Part shown: positions 49,042 to 59,557 of the stretch, piece after piece | Numbering within the stretch: the stretch's first letter is position 1 | How the letters are laid out: the number at the start of each line of letters is the position of its first letter | From: Patescibacteria group bacterium | GTDB taxonomy: Bacteria; Patescibacteriota; Microgenomatia; UBA8517 | Length of the DNA: 64,000 nt | Assembly (NCBI GenBank): GCA_036381415.1 | Contig: DASVCV010000001.1 | Location: forward strand, 1,411 to 65,410 | Direction: 5' to 3' | Position numbers and translations under genes: made by a program | Notes under the pieces: model-generated | Database searches by the model: none | What the model saw: the letters and a program-made list of their open reading frames with translations, nothing else | Told to the model about the DNA's origin: nothing

Positions 49042-50463
49042 CTACTTTTTAATTATTAGGCTACCGCCTGGTGTGTCTTTTACAGTATATCCTTTTTCTT
49101 CTATAACTTTTCTTACATCATCTGCCTTGTCAAACTCCCCTTCTTTTCTTAATTTATTTCTTTTATCAGAAAGTTCTTTTATTTCTTCAGGTATTTCTTT
49201 ATCTTCGTGCTTTGCCTCACTAAGCTTTAATCCAAAAACTTCATCAAAAGACATTATTAGATCATATTTATCAACTGATGGAATGTTACTTTTAAGAACT
49301 TCCCAGACAATTGCCAAAGCCTCTGAGGTATTAAGGTCATTTCCAATTGCATTACTAAACTTTAGCCGTAGGCTATCCATCTTTTCCTGTTTTTCAGGAG
49401 AAAGAGTTGTCCTATCAGTTTGCATTTTAAGAGCTTGCAGCTGATTCCTTAAATTAGTAAGAGCTGTTTGTGCAGATGAAAGGGATTCCCAAGTAAAATT
49501 CATTTGCTTTCTATAGTGGGAGGTTAAATATAAATACCTTAAGGCAATTGGGTCAAAACCTTTCTTTTCAACATCTTCGAGAGTTATGAAATTACCTAAG
49601 CTTTTACTCATTTTCTCTCCATCAACAAGAAGAAATCTTGTGTGCAACCAGTACCTTGCAAATGGCTTGAGACCTGTTGCACCTTCTGATTGTGCAATTT
49701 CATTTGGATGATGAATTGAAAGATGGTCTTCCCCTCCTGTATGAATATCAAATTGAGGACCAAGATATTTAATGCTCATAGCAGAACACTCTATATGCCA
49801 GCCTGGAAAACCTTCTCCATAAGAAGATGGCCAGTGCATTGAGTGGTCTTTAAATCTTCCTACTGTTTTAAACCAAAGAGCAAAATCAGCAGGATGTTTT
49901 TTATGTTTTCCTGTTTCTACTTCTTCTCTAACTGCAACTTTTTTGTCTTCCAGATTTTGTCCAAATATTTTTCCATAATCTTTAAATTTAGTCACATCAT
50001 AGTAAACTGCTTCTGGAGTGTCATAGGCATATCCTTTATCAATTAATTTTTTAATTAAATCCAACTGCTCTGGAATATGGTCAGTTGCTTTGGCAATAAC
50101 ATCAGGACGGATTATGTTTAGCTTATCCATGGAGTCATAGAAGTTTTTGGTAAAGAATTCTGCTACTTCCCAGACTGTCTTGCCAAACTTGCGTGATCCT
50201 TTTTCAAGCTTGTCTTCTCCTTCATCTCCATCTGAAACAAGGTGTCCTACATCAGTAACGTTTTGGACATGTTTTACTTTATATCCAAAATAAGTAAGAG
50301 TTCTTTTTAAAACATCATCGGTTGTATATTTTCTGCCGTGTCCAATGTGTGCAAAATCATATACTGTCATACCGCAGGTGTAGAGACCAACATTGGGAGG
50401 ATTAATTGGAGTAAATACTTCTTTTTTACGAGTTAAAGAGTTAAAAAGTGTTAGATCTGCCAT
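49042..50463 (-). CDS. cysS: cysteinyl-tRNA synthetase
   Basis: HIGH (AHIGHGR) and KMSKS motifs, class I Rossmann fold. Confidence 0.95.
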   Translation of the reverse strand: MADLTLFNSLTRKKEVFTPINPPNVGLYTCGMTVYDFAHIGHGRKYTTDDVLKRTLTYFGYKVKHVQNVTDVGHLVSDGDEGEDKLEKGSRKFGKTVWEVAEFFTKNFYDSMDKLNIIRPDVIAKATDHIPEQLDLIKKLIDKGYAYDTPEAVYYDVTKFKDYGKIFGQNLEDKKVAVREEVETGKHKKHPADFALWFKTVGRFKDHSMHWPSSYGEGFPGWHIECSAMSIKYLGPQFDIHTGGEDHLSIHHPNEIAQSEGATGLKPFARYWLHTRFLLVDGEKMSKSLGNFITLEDVEKKGFDPIALRYLYLTSHYRKQMNFTWESLSSAQTALTNLRNQLQALKMQTDRTTLSPEKQEKMDSLRLKFSNAIGNDLNTSEALAIVWEVLKSNIPSVDKYDLIMSFDEVFGLKLSEAKHEDKEIPEEIKELSDKRNKLRKEGEFDKADDVRKVIEEKGYTVKDTPGGSLIIKK

Positions 50464-50484
50464 TTAAGATATTGTAGCACGACT

Positions 50485-50904
50485 TTAGCCTGAGGGTGGT
50501 TTTCTTTGTTCAACATTTTTTCCTCTTCCCTTTTTAAACAACTGAAGGCCTCTTTTTGGTATTGAAGTAATTTGAGGAGGAGCTTCAACAGTCATGTTTT
50601 GCTTTTTTTGAATTTCTATCTGCTCTTGCTGCACCCTTTCCTGTTCTTCTTTTTGTTTTTCATATCTAGCCATATCTTGGGCTTCTGTCTGATATGCCAT
50701 TAATCTTCTTTTAGCTCTTACTTCTTCAATTTTTGCTTTTTGTTCCTCAGCACTAGGCTTGTTTTGTCCTTCTTTTTTCTCACCCTCAGCATTAGGAGAA
50801 TATTCACCAGTTGCTGTTATTTGTTCTCCTGCCTTTTTAATAGTTTCAAGACTTTCTCTTGCAACTACTTTGGCAACTTTTTTTGGAACTTTAGTAATAT
50901 TCAT
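50485..50904 (-). CDS. Glu/Lys/Gln-rich hypothetical protein
   Basis: Low-complexity charged coiled-coil. 4-bp overlap with recR. Confidence 0.35.
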   Translation of the reverse strand: MNITKVPKKVAKVVARESLETIKKAGEQITATGEYSPNAEGEKKEGQNKPSAEEQKAKIEEVRAKRRLMAYQTEAQDMARYEKQKEEQERVQQEQIEIQKKQNMTVEAPPQITSIPKRGLQLFKKGRGKNVEQRKPPSG

Positions 50905-51521
50905 ACTTGTCGTCTTCCATCTAGAGCTTCTCTCAGGGTTGCTTCATCAGCATATCCTAAGTCAGCTCCTGTTGGCACTCCCATTCCTAAACGAGTGATT
51001 TTTAATACTCTTCCATTTGGAGGAACTTCTTCCTTTAATTTCTTTGTAATGTACATTGCTGTTGCTTCTCCTTCCATAGTGGGATTTGTTGCAATTATTA
51101 CTTCAGTAACTACATCATCATTTTTTACTCTTTGTATTAAATCTTCTAAGTAAATTTCATCAGGACCTATGTTTTCCAAAGGATTAATTGCACCGTGAAG
51201 AACATGATACATTCCTTTGTATTTTCCTGTTTTTTCAAAAACTAAAATGTCAAAAGGTTCTTCTACTACTAGTATGGATGTTTTGTCACGGCCAGTCTCA
51301 CTACAAACCATGCAAGGGTCTTCTTCTGCCACATTTTTACAGTTGCTGCATATCACTGTAAGTTTTTTTAGGTTGGTTAAACTTTCAGAGAAAGAATCAA
51401 GCTGGGATTGAGGAACACGGATTAAATAGAATCCCAGTCTTTGAGCAGTTTTAGGACCAATACCAGGAAGCCTTTCAAATGATTCAATAACATCTGAGAG
51501 TGGTTTTGCAATCTTTGCCAT
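50901..51521 (-). CDS. recR: recombination protein RecR
   Basis: HhH (LPGIGPKTAQR), C4 zinc finger (CSNC...CMVC), Toprim domain. Confidence 0.9.
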   Translation of the reverse strand: MAKIAKPLSDVIESFERLPGIGPKTAQRLGFYLIRVPQSQLDSFSESLTNLKKLTVICSNCKNVAEEDPCMVCSETGRDKTSILVVEEPFDILVFEKTGKYKGMYHVLHGAINPLENIGPDEIYLEDLIQRVKNDDVVTEVIIATNPTMEGEATAMYITKKLKEEVPPNGRVLKITRLGMGVPTGADLGYADEATLREALDGRRQV

Positions 51522-51551
51522 CAAACCATTTTACCAGATTTAGCCAAAAAA

Positions 51552-52967
51552 CTACTGTGGAGTTATTTCAAAAATTGCAGCAGTATTAGGGTTCATATTT
51601 TGAAGGGTAGACCAATTGGCAGAATCAGTTGCCATTGTGAGACTTAGAGAAATTCCTCCACCATAGTCAAGTCTTCTAAATTGAAATGTTCTTAAGGCAG
51701 AGGATGCGCTGGCTTGTGGAATGTTTACAAAATTAAGAGGAACTGCTTCAGTATGACTTCCATTGGGATCATAATTTACCACAAGGGTTCTTGTTGTTTT
51801 ACCATCATTTTTAGCAAATGCTTTTACCCAGGAACCCTGTCCAATCACATTTACTTTATTTCCAATCATGTTGTTTAGAAAAGTTATAGCTGAAAAACGT
51901 GGTTTGGCAATTGGATCTCCAAATTTATCATTGGTAAAGATTCCCCATCTTCCCCAATATTGGCTTGGACCTATTCCATCTTTTATTTCAAATATGAATG
52001 TTTTATCTATTTTATCTTCAAGAACTGCAGAAGTTGCAATGGTGTGAAGTGCACTAAAGCCTGTGTCATATACTTTATCAACATCCCCATTTGGACCAAT
52101 TTCAGTAATATCTGTTTCTAAATTTGCTGCAATTGGAAAAGGAGCACTCCAGGTTTTAAAGTTTACTGCATCTTTTTCATAATCATCTAAGTTCTTTGAA
52201 TACCTATGCCAGGAAAAGAAGTCCATTCTTAGGTTGTTGTCTGATACAAACTTAAGAAGAGTTGTAACCCAGTTCTCATAAAGAGCAGTTGTAGCTGGAC
52301 CTCCAAACTTAAAAGCATTAACTGATGCCGCACGGCTTGCACCTATGGCTGAGTGGCTATACAAATCTAAATAGTTTTTACTTCCATATGTTTTGTATTT
52401 GCCAAACAGGTCTGGTTCATTCCAAACTTCATAGTAGACTCCAGAAAGATTTAAGCCTTTATTTCCACTTACATGTTCAATTGTTTTTTGCACCAAGTAT
52501 TCCCAGTCTCCCCAATTATCAGGATTTTCAGTGGTGTTGCCTGATTTATTAAATGATGGAGGCATGTATGAAAGAGACAGCATTGGTTTTGCACCCATTG
52601 CAGTGATATCTGAAATTGTCTGGTCAAGCTTTGTAAAATCAAAAACTACTTGCCCATTTTCTTTTTTGACAGTTCCATAGTAATCAAAAATGTGGTCAAG
52701 ACGCACATATTTTGGCCTTAATGGTTTTACCTTTGCTATGACTGAGGCCAGCATTCGTCCATTTTCTTCTCCACCTTGAGCCAGGTTTTGCCAAACAAGT
52801 GGGCTTCTTGAGTAGGAGGCAGACATATCAATAATTAGGTTGGCTGGAGTTCCAGAGGCACGGCCAAAAAATCCCGTGACACGGCCAACAAGATACACAC
52901 TTACTGGAACACCTAGAAGTAAGACAAGAAGGAAAAGAATCTGGGAAAGTTTGGGCCTGGTGTTCAT
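51552..52967 (-). CDS. membrane-anchored clan GH-A glycoside hydrolase (GH39/GH5-like)
   Basis: Acid/base motif YYEVWNEPD and candidate nucleophile ...ITEIG. N-terminal TM. Confidence 0.55.
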   Translation of the reverse strand: MNTRPKLSQILFLLVLLLGVPVSVYLVGRVTGFFGRASGTPANLIIDMSASYSRSPLVWQNLAQGGEENGRMLASVIAKVKPLRPKYVRLDHIFDYYGTVKKENGQVVFDFTKLDQTISDITAMGAKPMLSLSYMPPSFNKSGNTTENPDNWGDWEYLVQKTIEHVSGNKGLNLSGVYYEVWNEPDLFGKYKTYGSKNYLDLYSHSAIGASRAASVNAFKFGGPATTALYENWVTTLLKFVSDNNLRMDFFSWHRYSKNLDDYEKDAVNFKTWSAPFPIAANLETDITEIGPNGDVDKVYDTGFSALHTIATSAVLEDKIDKTFIFEIKDGIGPSQYWGRWGIFTNDKFGDPIAKPRFSAITFLNNMIGNKVNVIGQGSWVKAFAKNDGKTTRTLVVNYDPNGSHTEAVPLNFVNIPQASASSALRTFQFRRLDYGGGISLSLTMATDSANWSTLQNMNPNTAAIFEITPQ

Positions 52968-53013
52968 CTTTTAATCAGTATACATGAACTGCCTTAGGTA
53001 GAAAAAGAAGAAA

Positions 53014-53295
53014 TTAAAAACCTTTTAGAAGAGATCCAAGTCCACCTTCTTCAACCATTTTCTTGGCTGCAGTTTTTTGGACTTTTTCTAAAGCTTCATT
53101 AATAGTTTTAACTAGTTCAGGCTGGGGTTCCCCATTTATTTCAATGTAATCAATTCTTTGGTCTCCTCTTGCTTTTACTGTGTAGTCTCCTTTTTTTAAT
53201 GTCTCTGCAACTTCCTTGAGTTTTTTCTGCATCTCAAGAGCTTCAGATCTCATTTTCCTTAAATCATTTAGTTGTTTTAATTTATCAAATGCCAT
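53014..53295 (-). CDS. ybaB: nucleoid-associated protein YbaB/EbfC
   Basis: YbaB-like length and sequence. Conserved dnaX-ybaB-recR order. Confidence 0.85.
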   Translation of the reverse strand: MAFDKLKQLNDLRKMRSEALEMQKKLKEVAETLKKGDYTVKARGDQRIDYIEINGEPQPELVKTINEALEKVQKTAAKKMVEEGGLGSLLKGF

Positions 53296-53310
53296 AATTT
53301 TATTTTAATA

Positions 53311-54864
53311 TCAGCTGCCAAAGATTTCGCGAGCTGCGTCAATTATATCTTTGTCTTGGGTCTTGGTCAATAAATCTGGCTTTTTAGGAAGTGCTGGATT
53401 GTTTTTTCTCTCAGTTAATTTGTAACTTACTTTTATAAGAGGCTTTCCAAAAGTAATACATAATACATCTTCTAAGGTTTTCCTGTTCTGAAGCACCTCA
53501 AGGCGTTCTTTGTGAAACTGATAGTAGACACCTAATGTGAGTGTTTGGCCGTCAAAACCAATTGGGTGTGCTGCTCTAAGAAGTGCTTCTATTGAAGTGT
53601 TTTTAGTTCTTACATTCTCCAATATTTTGTGCCAGACATCATCTCCTACTTCATCTCCTACCGCAATATCTTTATTAGGAAGATTTAAGTCAGGAACTTG
53701 AGGCTTTTCTTTCTCAATCTGTTTTAACTCATCTTCTAATTCTTTTTTTTTACTAATTTGTGAAGAGGCACTATCTATATTGATTGTTACTTTTTGCACT
53801 ATTTCTTCTTTAGGCTCTTCTTTTTTTGAAAGAGCTTGGGGAGACTTAGGAAGAGGATCTGCCTCACTGCACCACTTTATAACAGCAACTTCTAATGGGA
53901 GCTGCTCAATGGGAGTGACATGAAGATCTCTTTTGGCATCATAAAGAAGTTTTGTTAAAGATAGAAATTCACTTACTCCAACTCCATTCTTGGCAAGTAT
54001 TTCTTCATGAAGTTTGGCAATTAATAAATCCATGAAGTTTCTAATGGAGCCACCAGTTGCTGCAATCTGCTCTATTTTTTCAATAGCCAGCTTGGTGTTT
54101 TTAGAAGATATAATTTCTAAAAAGTCAGAAGGTGAAAGAACTTTGTTTCTTACAATATAATCCTGGGCTATTTTTATGTCTATTGAATCTGTTTGAGAAG
54201 AAAGCTGCTCCAAGATTTTTATTGCATCTCTAAAAGAGCCATCTGCTGCTTTTGCTATTACTTCAACAACCCCCTCATCTGCTTTTAGTTTTTCCCCCAC
54301 TACTACTTTTTTAAGCTTGTTTGCAATTTCAGCTTGTCCTGCTTTTTCAAAAACAACTGTTGAAAGACGAGATGTAACTGTTGCTGGAAGCTTTTCCGGG
54401 TTAGTTGTTGCCAGTATAAATATGACATGGGCTGGAGGCTCTTCTAAGGTTTTTAGGAAGGCATTGGAAGCTTCAGTTGTTAACATGTGAGCTTCATCAA
54501 TAATGTAAATTTTTTTCTTTCCAGCAACAGGAGAAAGAATTATATTGTCTTTTAATGCTCTTACATCATCAATCCCACGATTGGATGCGGCATCTAATTC
54601 AATTACATCCATATTAGAGCCATTTGTGGTAGAGGTACATTGATTGCATTTGTTGCATGGCTCATTTTCTTTAGCAGGTTTTTCACAATTAATTAATTTT
54701 GCCAGTATTCTTGCTGCTGAAGTTTTACCTGTTCCTTTTGGTCCTGCAAAAAGGAATGCGTGAGGAAGATTATTACCACTAACAATTTTTTTTAAGGTGG
54801 TTCTGACTTTTTCTGAGTCTAGGTCACCAATTGTCTGCGGGCGGTATTTTAAATAAAGTGTCAT
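53311..54864 (-). CDS. dnaX: DNA polymerase III subunit gamma/tau
   Basis: YRPQTIGDL, GPKGTGKTS Walker A, zinc module CEKP...CNKCNQC. Confidence 0.9.
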   Translation of the reverse strand: MTLYLKYRPQTIGDLDSEKVRTTLKKIVSGNNLPHAFLFAGPKGTGKTSAARILAKLINCEKPAKENEPCNKCNQCTSTTNGSNMDVIELDAASNRGIDDVRALKDNIILSPVAGKKKIYIIDEAHMLTTEASNAFLKTLEEPPAHVIFILATTNPEKLPATVTSRLSTVVFEKAGQAEIANKLKKVVVGEKLKADEGVVEVIAKAADGSFRDAIKILEQLSSQTDSIDIKIAQDYIVRNKVLSPSDFLEIISSKNTKLAIEKIEQIAATGGSIRNFMDLLIAKLHEEILAKNGVGVSEFLSLTKLLYDAKRDLHVTPIEQLPLEVAVIKWCSEADPLPKSPQALSKKEEPKEEIVQKVTINIDSASSQISKKKELEDELKQIEKEKPQVPDLNLPNKDIAVGDEVGDDVWHKILENVRTKNTSIEALLRAAHPIGFDGQTLTLGVYYQFHKERLEVLQNRKTLEDVLCITFGKPLIKVSYKLTERKNNPALPKKPDLLTKTQDKDIIDAAREIFGS

Positions 54865-54866
54865 AT

Positions 54867-55286
54867 TTAATCATGATGAATACCAACTAAATGCAGTGCT
54901 CCATGTTGGGCAAGATCTGAAATAACTTCATTTATTAATTTGCCTGTTTCTCTTGATCTTTCTACTGCCTGAGGATATGAAATGATAATTTCACCTAAGT
55001 GGAGTTTTCCATCTGGAGGAAAAACAAATGGGCCAGATGGGGTTTGGGAATTTTCAGTTTCTGGGAAAGTAAAAACAGGATGCATATATTCTTCATCCTT
55101 GTAGTAATTTTTATTTAATTCATCCATTTTTGCATCTGAAACTATTGCTACTTCTACAACACAGTCAGAAACTATTCCATTTTCAACAAGAGTCTTTTTG
55201 ACAACCTTTTTAATTTCAGCTGCACTTACTGGATAATCTGATTGTTTAAAGACAGTAATATCAATCATAATTGTAAATTGTGACAA
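54867..55286 (-). CDS. ybeY: rRNA maturation endoribonuclease YbeY
   Basis: HGALHLVGIHHD zinc-binding motif. Confidence 0.85.
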   Translation of the reverse strand: MSQFTIMIDITVFKQSDYPVSAAEIKKVVKKTLVENGIVSDCVVEVAIVSDAKMDELNKNYYKDEEYMHPVFTFPETENSQTPSGPFVFPPDGKLHLGEIIISYPQAVERSRETGKLINEVISDLAQHGALHLVGIHHD

Positions 55287-55296
55287 GCTTTGCTTA

Positions 55297-55761
55297 TCAT
55301 TGTTTTAATAACTTTGTCTTAACCATTTGAGAAACTCTTCCACCTTCTACACTACCCTTTGCCTTGCCCATTACTATTCCAATTACTTTACCCATATCTG
55401 ACATCTGAGAAGCACTGGTTGTTTTAATTGCATCATCAACCATTTTTGCGAGTTCCTCATCACTTAATTGTTTTGGGAGATATTCTTCCAAAACTTTTAA
55501 CTCTTTTTCTTCATTCTCTCTTTTTTCTTTTGCTCTACCAATTCCTTCTCCAGTCACTTTTGAATATGCTTCAATTGCATCTTTTCTTTTTTTTGCTTCC
55601 CGCTTAATAACATCAATTTCTTCATCCGCAGTTAAGACATGCTGCTTTGCAATCCTTTCATAGTTGAAGGCTGATTCAAGCATTCTTAATGTGGAAAGCC
55701 TTACCTTATCATCTGCTTTAAGGGCAAGACCTATCAGTTCCTGCATTTTATTTGAAATCAT
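55297..55761 (-). CDS. GatB/YqeY-domain protein
   Basis: YqeY-like helical domain. Confidence 0.75.
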   Translation of the reverse strand: MISNKMQELIGLALKADDKVRLSTLRMLESAFNYERIAKQHVLTADEEIDVIKREAKKRKDAIEAYSKVTGEGIGRAKEKRENEEKELKVLEEYLPKQLSDEELAKMVDDAIKTTSASQMSDMGKVIGIVMGKAKGSVEGGRVSQMVKTKLLKQ

Positions 55762-55765
55762 AATA

Positions 55766-56086
55766 TTAATAACCTTCCTGTCTATTTATTTTATCTACAA
55801 AGTGAACATGCATGTGTTTAACAAGCGCTCTTTCTCCGGTGTTTGTTACAAGAGAAAAACCATCTAATTCATTTTGCTTTTCCAAAACTAAAGCAATATC
55901 TTGGACTTCGGACCATATCTCTTTTGGAGCAGTACGCAAATCTTCAATATGGGTTTTAGGAACAATTAGAAGGTGGATGTTTGACTTAGGATGTGCATCT
56001 TTAAAAACCAAGAAATTTGGTGTTTCATGCACAATATCTGAGTCAATTTCTCTTTTTACAATTTTACAGAAGATGCAATCATTCAT
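55766..56086 (-). CDS. HIT-family (histidine triad) protein
   Basis: CIFCKI N-terminus and HxHxHFV triad (HMHVHFV). The ORF track extends 25 codons upstream to 56161. Confidence 0.8.
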   Translation of the reverse strand: MNDCIFCKIVKREIDSDIVHETPNFLVFKDAHPKSNIHLLIVPKTHIEDLRTAPKEIWSEVQDIALVLEKQNELDGFSLVTNTGERALVKHMHVHFVDKINRQEGY

Positions 56087-56167
56087 AGTGAAGATAGTAT
56101 AGATTGATGGTCCATTTGTATCAATAAGACAAACTATGTCTTCAGTCTTGCTGTAAGTCAAAACAGG

Positions 56168-56605
56168 TCAAAATCCAAGCCAGCCAAAATCATCATAGTC
56201 ATCATCACTGCTTTGGTCTACTGGTATTTGAGCCATTTCATTAGCAGGGGTAATACTTTCAGGACAACCCTCATACCCTACAACTCTTCCTCTTCCAGTT
56301 TTATCAAATACTAAGTGGTATAAGTACCACTGTCTTACTCTTACATCTGGTATAAAGCTTGAAACTAGATCATTGGCATCTTTAACTGCTCTTTTTGCAC
56401 AATTAAGGCATCCACAGCCTTCTAAAGAACCATATTTTTCTTTTTCAGCTTTTCTAATAATTTCAAGCTCACTATCTGAAAGACCAATATTTTTGAAGAA
56501 GCCTACTTTTTTCTCTATCTGTTCCTGTCTTTCCTCTTCATTAACTTTTCTGGCATCTATAAACTTAGGCGTTTTAACTTGTGATTCCAGAATTTGCTCA
56601 ACCAT
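56168..56605 (-). CDS. hypothetical protein with CGCLNC cluster and acidic aromatic C-terminus
   Basis: ORF only. Ends with C-terminal DDDYDDFGWLGF. Confidence 0.4.
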   Translation of the reverse strand: MVEQILESQVKTPKFIDARKVNEEERQEQIEKKVGFFKNIGLSDSELEIIRKAEKEKYGSLEGCGCLNCAKRAVKDANDLVSSFIPDVRVRQWYLYHLVFDKTGRGRVVGYEGCPESITPANEMAQIPVDQSSDDDYDDFGWLGF

Positions 56606-56659
56606 TTGGAATATTGTAGTACAAATGTAAAGAAAAGTTAAAAATTTAGAGGGTTTAGA

Positions 56660-56911
56660 TCAAATTAACTTTTCTGATCTGGAAGGTTTGCTTTTACTTT
56701 TTGTTTTTATTTCTTCCTGGGCAGCTTCCATTGTTTCAAGCCTGTCAACAATTATATTTGAGGCCTCTGCTAAAGTTACCGGCCTTTTTTGTAAAGCAAC
56801 CATCATATCTCGTGCTTTTTTTATTGTTTCCTCCTCTATTCTTTCTTGAGTCATTAAAGAATGGTAGCATTTAACTGTAGGGCTTACAATATAATAATTA
56901 AGGGAAAACAA
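56660..56911 (-). CDS. hypothetical small protein
   Basis: ORF only. Confidence 0.3.
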   Translation of the reverse strand: MFSLNYYIVSPTVKCYHSLMTQERIEEETIKKARDMMVALQKRPVTLAEASNIIVDRLETMEAAQEEIKTKSKSKPSRSEKLI

Positions 56912-56958
56912 AAGATTTTCTTACTGAATGTTCACAAATTTGGTATATTATTAGATAC

Positions 56959-57360
56959 ATGTCTGAGAGAGTTAAAAATTCCATCAGTTTAATAAATTCT
57001 GCAAGCAACCCTACTTTTTCAGGAACTATAAAAGTAGAAGGCAAGAAGGTTTACATTTCTGGATACAGAATAGATAAATTAGGATTGGACCCCAAAGAGG
57101 CTTCGTGCAACTTTGCCGCAAAACCAGAAGGAAAAGGTGAAGCTTCACAATTGAGTAGGTCTTGGCTTAAAAAGCATGAAGGAAAACAGCTTACATTAAC
57201 ATTTCACTATGTAGACGGAACAGGTCCTATGATTGGGGGTATTGGAACAATTTTTAAAGGAATGGTTTATAAAAAAGGAGAAGGTAACGAAGAACACAAC
57301 GCGCAAGTCAAGGATCTAAATAAATATTCTACAGTTATATTTAGATCACCTTTTAAATAA
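56959..57360 (+). CDS. hypothetical protein
   Basis: ORF only. Confidence 0.4.
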   Translation: MSERVKNSISLINSASNPTFSGTIKVEGKKVYISGYRIDKLGLDPKEASCNFAAKPEGKGEASQLSRSWLKKHEGKQLTLTFHYVDGTGPMIGGIGTIFKGMVYKKGEGNEEHNAQVKDLNKYSTVIFRSPFK

Positions 57361-57364
57361 AATC

Positions 57365-57733
57365 TTATTCTTTTGTAGGGATTTCAACTTCAGGAGGATT
57401 AAAAGTTAATCCAAATGATTGAGCTTTTTTCTCAAATCTTTCAACTTTATTTTCTGGAAGAAGAGGCTCTCCTCTTTTTTCAGCCTTTTCTTTTACTTGT
57501 TCAACCACATGAGGAAACTTGTTTTTTAGTTTTTTTAAATCATCATCTGCTCCGCGGTATTTTGCTTCTTCCATTCTTGCAAAAAGACCTATAAAAAGTT
57601 GAACTGGAGTAACACCGTTTTTCCTCTTAGCAGCCAACTCTTCATCATGAGGCTCTAAATTTAGTTCATCATCAAAAGTAGTTTTTGGCATATGCCATTC
57701 TTCTTTAGCTACTTCTGAAATGTTGTCTGCCAT
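57365..57733 (-). CDS. hypothetical protein, paralog A, with C-terminal EIPTKE motif
   Basis: Ends ...FNPPEVEIPTKE. Start placed at the second ATG (MADNIS) to avoid overlap. Confidence 0.45.
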   Translation of the reverse strand: MADNISEVAKEEWHMPKTTFDDELNLEPHDEELAAKRKNGVTPVQLFIGLFARMEEAKYRGADDDLKKLKNKFPHVVEQVKEKAEKRGEPLLPENKVERFEKKAQSFGLTFNPPEVEIPTKE

Positions 57734-57734
57734 T

Positions 57735-58256
57735 TTATTCTTTAGTAGGAATTTCAATTTCCTGCACAGTTTTTAGCTTTCCGTCAGATGTGTGAAATGA
57801 AAGTCTAAATTTGTTAACATTTTCTTCTAGTTTTTCCAGAGTGCGGGGTGGTATTTCTTGATGAAGTCTATCCTCCCTGGTGTCGCCTAGGGCTTTTATA
57901 ATGTCTTGAAATTCTTCTTTTGCAGCATCCACTAGTTTTTTTCCAATTCCAAAACCGTTTTTTGCATAATTTTCTCCTAAATTCAAAACTTCAATTCTTG
58001 CATTAAAAACTTGGGCAAGGGGTTTGTTGGATATTTCTTGGGTTGCATATTTTTGTTCACCACCGCGGTCTTTAGCTGTGGCTATATTTAAAGCAGGATG
58101 CTCAGCTGTTTTAGCCTGAGAGGCTCTAATTTCTGCATTTACCCTTTGGAATTTTTCCCACTTTGAAGGAGCCTTCTTAACTTCTGGCTCCATAACTTTG
58201 TCTGTCATTCCTAGCAATTGTAGTACAGTTGGCTCTCCAAATTCAATAAGAGACAT
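57735..58256 (-). CDS. hypothetical protein, paralog B, with C-terminal EIPTKE motif
   Basis: Ends ...FHTSDGKLKTVQEIEIPTKE. Confidence 0.45.
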   Translation of the reverse strand: MSLIEFGEPTVLQLLGMTDKVMEPEVKKAPSKWEKFQRVNAEIRASQAKTAEHPALNIATAKDRGGEQKYATQEISNKPLAQVFNARIEVLNLGENYAKNGFGIGKKLVDAAKEEFQDIIKALGDTREDRLHQEIPPRTLEKLEENVNKFRLSFHTSDGKLKTVQEIEIPTKE

Positions 58257-58329
58257 ATGTAATTCTAACAGTAGAGTTGTGAAAAAGTCAACTTACTATA
58301 AGATATCTTGTAAACTTTGCTAGTCAGGT

Positions 58330-59556
58330 TTACGAGAGTTTTTTAAGGATTTCCTGAAGAGTAATGAGGCTCGTTTTATCACTTTTTCTTTCTTTATATT
58401 CAATTTTATCCCCTGTTTTTTCTGAAACAACTAGCCTTACAGGAATCCCAATAAGGTCTGAATCTCCAAACTTTTCACCAGCTCCTACAGCTCTGTCATC
58501 CCAGAGAACATCAATCCCATTTTCTTTCAACTCATCATAAATTTTTTGCGTATTTTTTGCTCCAGGGAGCTCTATTAAGTGGACATCAAAGGGAGCAATT
58601 TCTTTGCTCCAGATAATTCCTTTATCATCATGAGAAACTTCAACCCAGGTTCCCATAACTCTAGTGGAACCTATTCCATAGCTTCCAAACCAAACGGGCT
58701 TTTTCTTACCTTCTTTATCTGTATAGTAAAATCTCATGAGCTCTGCATATTTAGTACCTAATGGGAATATGTTTCCTACTTCAATTGATTTCTTTTCTAT
58801 AACTTTTCCTTTTTTACAGGAAGGACAGACATCTTTCTCCTTACCATCATATATTTCTTTGTTTGCTGCCCAGTCACATTTGTCACAGTAATAGATAGTA
58901 TCTTCCCCTACTTCTGAGAGAACTTGGAATTCGTGGGTGTGATTTGGGGTAAATACTCCACCTGCTGCTTCTGTAATTTTAAAATCAAATCCAAGTCTGG
59001 TAAAAATTTTTGAGTATGCTTTTTTTACTTTTTCATAATAATCCATTAAATCTTTTTCAGAAGTGTGGGCTGAGTAAAGATCTTTCATCATGAACTCTCT
59101 GCCTCTTAGAATTCCTGATTTAGCTCTTGGTTCATTTCTAAACTTTGTTGAGAAATGATAGATTGCAACTGGAAGATCCTGGTAGCTATTTATATGCTTT
59201 CTTAATAAATCTATAACAATTTCTTCATGAGTAAATGAAAGAGCTGATTCTTTTCCTCTTGCATCTCTTAACTTGTACATAATGTCTCCTGCTTTGTCCC
59301 ATCTTCCAGTTTCATTCCAGATTGATTTAGGATGAAGAAGAGGCATGAGAAGTTCTTCTCCCCCTACTGCATTCATTTCCTGTCTAATTATGTTATTTAT
59401 TTTATTAACTACTTTAAAACCTAATGGAAGAAGAGTCCAAGAGCCTGCCATTAGTTGATCAATAAATCCTGCCCTTACTAGGAGTTTGTGATTAACACTA
59501 GCTGCCTCTTTAGGTGCTTCTTTAATTGTTTTGGGGAATAGTTTAGATTGAAGCAT
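58330..59556 (-). CDS. proS: prolyl-tRNA synthetase (compact, archaeal/eukaryote-like class II) with inserted zinc ribbon
   Basis: Class II motifs. CDKCDW...CPSCKKG insertion. Confidence 0.9.
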   Translation of the reverse strand: MLQSKLFPKTIKEAPKEAASVNHKLLVRAGFIDQLMAGSWTLLPLGFKVVNKINNIIRQEMNAVGGEELLMPLLHPKSIWNETGRWDKAGDIMYKLRDARGKESALSFTHEEIVIDLLRKHINSYQDLPVAIYHFSTKFRNEPRAKSGILRGREFMMKDLYSAHTSEKDLMDYYEKVKKAYSKIFTRLGFDFKITEAAGGVFTPNHTHEFQVLSEVGEDTIYYCDKCDWAANKEIYDGKEKDVCPSCKKGKVIEKKSIEVGNIFPLGTKYAELMRFYYTDKEGKKKPVWFGSYGIGSTRVMGTWVEVSHDDKGIIWSKEIAPFDVHLIELPGAKNTQKIYDELKENGIDVLWDDRAVGAGEKFGDSDLIGIPVRLVVSEKTGDKIEYKERKSDKTSLITLQEILKKLS

Positions 59557-59557
59557 T

